Source of the DNA: Gammaproteobacteria bacterium
GTDB lineage: Bacteria > Pseudomonadota > Gammaproteobacteria > Ga0077554 > Ga007554
DNA length: 64,000 nucleotides
Assembly: GCA_033717875.1 (NCBI GenBank)
Contig: JADDKJ010000002.1
Location: forward strand, 2,820-66,819
Direction of reading: 5' to 3'
This document shows, piece by piece, positions 63,055 through 64,000 of the stretch. Under the pieces are notes generated by a model. That model searched no databases and was not told the origin of the DNA. It saw only the letters and a program-made list of their open reading frames with translations. The position numbers and the translations under genes were made by a program. How positions within the stretch are numbered: position 1 is the first letter of the stretch; each line of letters opens with the position of its first letter.

Positions 63055-64000
63055 ATGAAGAAACGCAGCATTTGTGTATTGGGGGCCAGCGGCTTTGTCG
63101 GCCGTCACCTGGTCAATCAGTTGGTCAAGGAAGGCTGCCGGCTGAGGCTGATCGTGCGGCACCCGGAGCGGCACCGTGACTTGACGGTGTGGCCGGGTGT
63201 GGAAGTGGTGGATGCCGATGTTCACGATCCCGAGGCGCTCAAACGCGCCTTTGCGGGCTGCGACACCGTCATCAATCTGATCGGCATCCTCAACGAGAAC
63301 CGCAAGACCACCTTCCAGGCCACGCATGTCGAACTGCCGCGAAAGGTGGTGCAAGCCTGCGTTGCCCAGGGTGTGACGCGCCTGCTGCACATGAGCGCGC
63401 TCAATGCCGATGCCGCGAAAGGCCCCAGCCGCTATCTGCGCAGCAAGGGCGAAGGCGAGGGTATTGTCCACGCCGCGTCGGCGCAGGGACTGCGTGTAAC
63501 CAGTTTCCGTCCCTCCGTGATCTTCGGCCCCGGCGACCATTTCTTCAATCGCTTCGCGACGCTGCTGAAACTTGCACCCATCCTGCCGCTGGCCTGCCCC
63601 GAGGCGCGCTTCGCCCCGGTGTATGTCGGCGATGTCGTTCACGCCTTTGTCACCGCGCTGCGCGACAAGGCCACGGTCGGTGAACGCTACGATCTGTGCG
63701 GTCCGCGCGGCTATACGCTCAAACAACTGGTCGAATATGCCGCCCATGTGCTGAGCATCGACCGTGTCATTATCGGCCTGGGTGATTCGCTGTCGCGGCT
63801 GATGGCAGGCGTAATGCAATTCGCCCCCGGCAAACCGCTCAGCCCCGACAATTACCTGTCGATGCGGGTGGACAGCGAGTGCAAGGGAGAATTCCCCGCC
63901 GTGTTCGGCATCCAGCCGACGGCCATCGAGGCGGTGGTTCCGTTTTATCTGAACAAGCGTGATCAGCGCGCCCGCTATTATGACTTCCGGCGGGTAGCGC
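63055..64000 (+). CDS. NAD(P)H-binding NmrA/NDUFA9-like (complex I 39-kDa subunit family) oxidoreductase, 3'-partial
   Basis: Open frame from ATG 63055 to window end (not in ORF track because no stop). MKKRSICVLGASGFVGRHLVNQLVKEGCRLRLIVRHPE... Rossmann GASGFVG, ...RPSVIFGPGDHFFNRFATLLKLAPILPLACPEARFAPVYVGDVVHAF, typical of bacterial NDUFA9-like SDR proteins. The opposite-strand ORF 63004..63819 is a GC shadow. Confidence 0.7.
   Translation, partial: MKKRSICVLGASGFVGRHLVNQLVKEGCRLRLIVRHPERHRDLTVWPGVEVVDADVHDPEALKRAFAGCDTVINLIGILNENRKTTFQATHVELPRKVVQACVAQGVTRLLHMSALNADAAKGPSRYLRSKGEGEGIVHAASAQGLRVTSFRPSVIFGPGDHFFNRFATLLKLAPILPLACPEARFAPVYVGDVVHAFVTALRDKATVGERYDLCGPRGYTLKQLVEYAAHVLSIDRVIIGLGDSLSRLMAGVMQFAPGKPLSPDNYLSMRVDSECKGEFPAVFGIQPTAIEAVVPFYLNKRDQRARYYDFRRVA

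Noticed and set aside
63004-63819. 271-aa minus-strand ORF listed in the track
   Set aside because: Antisense shadow of the NDUFA9-like plus-strand gene (63055 to beyond 64000), which has a Rossmann motif, strong family similarity and an open frame to the window end. The minus ORF is an Arg/Ala-rich GC-artifact.

Overview
High-GC (about 62-65%) betaproteobacterial chromosomal window, mostly conserved housekeeping operons, all read from the six-frame track and motif recognition without database searches. Minus-strand operons: metY(tRNA-fMet)-rimP-nusA-infB-rbfA-truB-rpsO-(pnp N-terminus at window start); tkt-gap-pgk-pyk-fba (class II, Calvin-type FBA); secD-secF, yajC, tgt; lptD-surA-pdxA; a type IV pilus Chp chemosensory cluster pilG-pilH-pilI-pilJ-chpA plus a CheW-like gene. 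Plus-strand and other genes: catalase, aspartase, metK, SAH-riboswitch-ahcY-metF, divergent efp/epmA and epmB, xseB-ispA, amgK, a DevBCA/MacAB-like tripartite ABC efflux system, htpX, and gabD-like SSADH. Accessory or unusual content: (i) two tandem, diverged ~600-aa paralogs with a C-terminal PilZ-like fold but degenerate RxxxR motif (30.5-34.3 kb), the most likely undescribed system here; (ii) a small PilZ protein and DUF3330 gene; (iii) a RelE-family toxin/HTH antitoxin cassette plus a low-GC DUF2971-like gene inserted at the 3' end of amgK, bounded by a 38-bp direct repeat; (iv) a higBA pair and an orphan higA; (v) a Fur-box promoter driving a small Cys-containing ORF; (vi) at least three interspersed repeat families, including a ~150-bp Correia-like MITE whose insertion supplies the C-terminus and stop codon of a cupin gene. 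No CRISPR arrays, rRNA or integrase/transposase genes were seen.
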